Below, piece by piece: positions 60,689 to 64,000 of a DNA stretch of 64,000 bases. Within the stretch, counting starts at the first letter, position 1, and every line of letters begins with the position of its first letter. Source of the stretch: Podarcis gaigeae (lineage: Eukaryota); NCBI GenBank assembly GCA_964106915.2, contig OZ066920.1, one strand, 5' to 3'. The notes under the pieces were generated by a model that saw nothing but the letters and a program-made list of their open reading frames with translations, had not been told where the DNA came from and did no database searches. The position numbers and the translations under genes are program-made.

Positions 60689-63134
60689 TTTGGATGAGGT
60701 GGTCGCTCTGTTATGGAATCTCCCTACCATCACCACAGAGTTGCTCTCTAACAGAGCCAGCACTGTGCAAGGTAGACTGGATGTTGGCCTGCTTTAGCCC
60801 TATAACCAAATTAAACAATTAAAATACTTTAGTCATATTTTATGAAGAGGCTTTTAAACAAGATTTTCTTCATGCTACCAGCCAAAGCATGTTTCAAGCA
60901 ACATGGGGTCAAAACAAGGCTCCATCTCTTATAAGTCAATATCACGCAATGAGGTTTGAGAACCCAGAGCTCTGTCCTAAAGGACTCCAGAATGATTTAA
61001 TTACCAGTCCTTTTCATGATCCATCAATATGCTATACTGCAGCATCGCCGGTCTTAGTGAAGCCCCCTGGGAACAAGGTTTACCACTCTGTGTGTGACTG
61101 CCATGGATTTTGAACAAAGTAGGGGGTGAGAAGTGCCATATGGTGAATATTAAATGGAGGTTTCTGGGCCATAAATCAAATACAGTGTTTGTTGTCATCG
61201 CTAGAGTTATGCAACGGCTTTTTGCAAGGGTCAGAGGCTGCTGCTTGTGTTGTTTCTCCACTGGCCTGAATCATCAGCTCATTTCTCAGCCTCTCATACA
61301 AAAATGCAAGGGGGGGGGGGGGAATCCATGGTAGAGAATGCCAGATGAATGATTTTATCATGCTACTTGCCTGCAAAATCCAATGTCATCCCATATGGAC
61401 CCTTTCAAGATTTCTTTCAAAAGCCTCCTTAGGACTGGCCAAAATTCTAGACAAAGTATTTACTCGGCAGAGAAATCTGTTTATTTCAATTAATGTTCTT
61501 GCATGAACACTACTGAATTGCATAAGGCCATCCTCATCAGAAATGCATGGTTCGTCCCTCAGATCTGCTGCTCGCCCCCAACTCCACCCCGCCCCACTTT
61601 TCAGCTTAAGCATGTATGTCAATGTTGGGAGGCATTTGGGCTCTGTGGGCAAGATCCTTATCAGGCCACCAATGAAATGGCACCAGTGGACGGGCCTTGC
61701 TCCAGAAAATTCAAAATGAATAATCTACATATATTTATCCACCTATCAAATATATACACATGCACGGACACACACTAAACATTTGCCATCATCTATGAAC
61801 CACTTACTTGGAAGTCAATTGTATTCTTTCAGAATAAACAGCCTGTGAACTGCAAGTCAGTATAATCTTATATGCTGAGCATACATATTATTGTCTTTTA
61901 GCAGGGTGAAGTATTTGCAGTGTCCATCTTTTCTTGAATATATATTTTTTAATGATGTGATGGGAATTAGTTTTCTCTCTTTTCTACAGTTATCCCTCAA
62001 TTATTCCACCCACACAGAGCAGCTAATGGCTGAATCCTTCCAGTATAGATTTTACAGCATCACCTTTGAGATCCTTTGGGGGCTTAAAAGTCTTGTTACA
62101 CAATGGATTTAGAGGAACTGTTTGCAACAGGAACTCATCAGGTCTACCACAAAAACCTCATTACTTGAAAGCTTTCAAAAGGGTGACACATCTTGTAATA
62201 AAATGTGGAAATGAGCTACCTTTGCATGAACCTGCCAAAAAGCAATTACATGCTTGCATTACCACAATTAAGCATTTATCTTATCCTCTAATTGCAGATA
62301 AATGCTCCAAACCAAACCCATGACCAAGAAATGGGAAGGAAATGTTCTAAAATGTGAGGTGTGTTAGCGGTCCCGATCTTCTGTGATTTGCTTGGATATT
62401 TGGTATTCGTTATGTACATGAATAATTTAGTGGTTCGAGGACAGACCAGATATTTAAGCAAAGACATATTTTTGGATCTGGGGGGGTCATCTCATCCAGC
62501 TCAGCCATTAAGAATAGTGAAGATCTGCCCACCCACGAAAAGGCATATTGCCTCAAACACACACAAAAAGTATTTGAAACAGCACTAAGGGCTAAGATAG
62601 GATGAAAGAAAGTAATTACTATATTAACTTTCTCTCCACTATAGCGAGTGCTTCCCCCCAATTGTGTTGCAATGCACACGGAGGATAGTCATGTGTGTTT
62701 ACCCAATGTATGTTGAGCTGCCTTCCATGAGATGCCCTGAGAAAACTTGGTTTTTATTTGTGATGTATGTGGCAGTGAAGGAATACAGCACATAAGGAGT
62801 TGTCTTCTTTGACCTGTGATGGGAGTCCACACTTTTAAAGTTCCACATGTTTACACAACTTGCACTTGTTTACACAAGCTGCTTCTGTACTTGACTTTAA
62901 CACAATGACTAATCGGGGGAATGGGGTTGCCGCATGTCTCAAGGATCATAATTCAGACATTAGCATCCCTGCTGATGGGATCTGTGGAGCTTTATGACAG
63001 GATATAAAGCCCCCCTGCCAAATAGAGGAACACTAGTATCTATCTATTATTAGTAGTAGTATTAGCATTAGCATTAGTATTAAAATTTGTATTCCACCCT
63101 ATACCCGTAGATCTCAGGGCGGTTCACAAGAATT

Positions 63135-63250
63135 AGATCCCTGCTGGATCAGAGTAAACAACCATAGTCTATCATCCTGTTCTTACCATGGCCAACCAAC
63201 TGCATTTCCCACTTATGGTCCACAGAAACTGGTATCCAGAAGCATATTAC
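63135..63250 (-). mobile_element. CR1 3' fragment (adjacent to a short L2 tail at ~63045-63128)
   Basis: 'cctgctggatcag...tagtctatcatcctgttcttaccatggccaacca' matches 54585-54650. Confidence 0.7.
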
Positions 63251-63298
63251 AGGTAGATTGCAACCACATTACAATGCTTACGTTTGCTTTAACTGTTT

Positions 63299-63301
<3 letters not shown>

Positions 63302-63346
<45 letters not shown>

Positions 63347-63625
63347 TTATTTATACCCCACCCAATAGAATATATAAAAAAATCAAACATTAAAAACTTC
63401 CTTAAACAGGGCTGCCTTCAGATGTCTTCTAAAAGTCACATAGTTGTTTATTTCCTTGACATCTGATGGGAGGGCGTTCCACAGGGCGGGCGCCACTACC
63501 GAGAAGGCCCTCTGCCTGGTTCCCTGCAACTTCACTTCAGGGAACCGCAGTGAGGGAACCGCCAGAAGGCCCTTGAAGCTGGACCTCAGAATGCTGGGGG
63601 TGGAGACGCTCCCTCAGGTATACTG
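63302..63625 (-). mobile_element. L2 3' fragment with (AAT)n tail
   Basis: Reverse complement of 34460-34780 with an internal deletion. (aat)n at 63302-63345. Confidence 0.92.
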
Positions 63626-64000
63626 GAGGAGGAATATATTTGGAGTTGTAAATTGTTGTAACCCTCCCTAGGACCTGATGAAAGGCAGGAATTTAATTAA
63701 TTTGTTGTTGTTGTTGTGCTGGAAACTGATATACAGGGTGAACCTATTTTTCTACCATTTAACACACCTGTCCCTTTCACCTGTGCTGCTTAACAGAAGG
63801 AAAGAACGTGGCCTTAACGGAGCTGTGTGAAATGGCCCAAGGCATGCAAAGCTTTCCCCAAATGGATAGTAATTGCTCCTTCAACCGCTTGAGGCCATAA
63901 AGATATAGGGTGGTATCCAATTTATATACCTACCATAGTAATGTTTGTGAATTTTAATGGGTCTAATAGAATATACTGTTCTATTATTAAGTATAGCTGC

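Overview
This is eukaryotic, repeat-rich, apparently non-coding DNA from a squamate reptile, most likely a lacertid lizard. The inference rests on Sauria/Squam1, Squam2 and (CTT)n-tailed Squam3 SINEs, BovB, L2 and CR1 LINEs, and lizard-type hAT/Tigger MITEs. I found no host protein-coding gene, so the window is intergenic or part of a large intron, and nearly all ORFs in the track are spurious or transposon-derived. The real coding remnants are a 5'-truncated L1 ORF2 with a perfect 16-bp TSD, BovB RT C-termini, L2 RT C-termini, and an uninterrupted Cys-rich-linker plus GIY-YIG frame from a Penelope-like (Neptune-type) element. The most notable functional sequence is an intact minimal hammerhead ribozyme (36467-36505) just downstream of CCAAT/TATA boxes in that element's pseudo-LTR; two decayed relatives lie elsewhere in the window. 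Other points of interest are a TSD-flanked mini-SINE, solo LTRs with complete promoter architecture, multi-layer nested insertions, and Tigger1-like, OC1-like and BovB elements from families known for horizontal transfer. I do not see convincing evidence for a wholly new biological system. Family names are from recalled consensus sequences, not from a database search.
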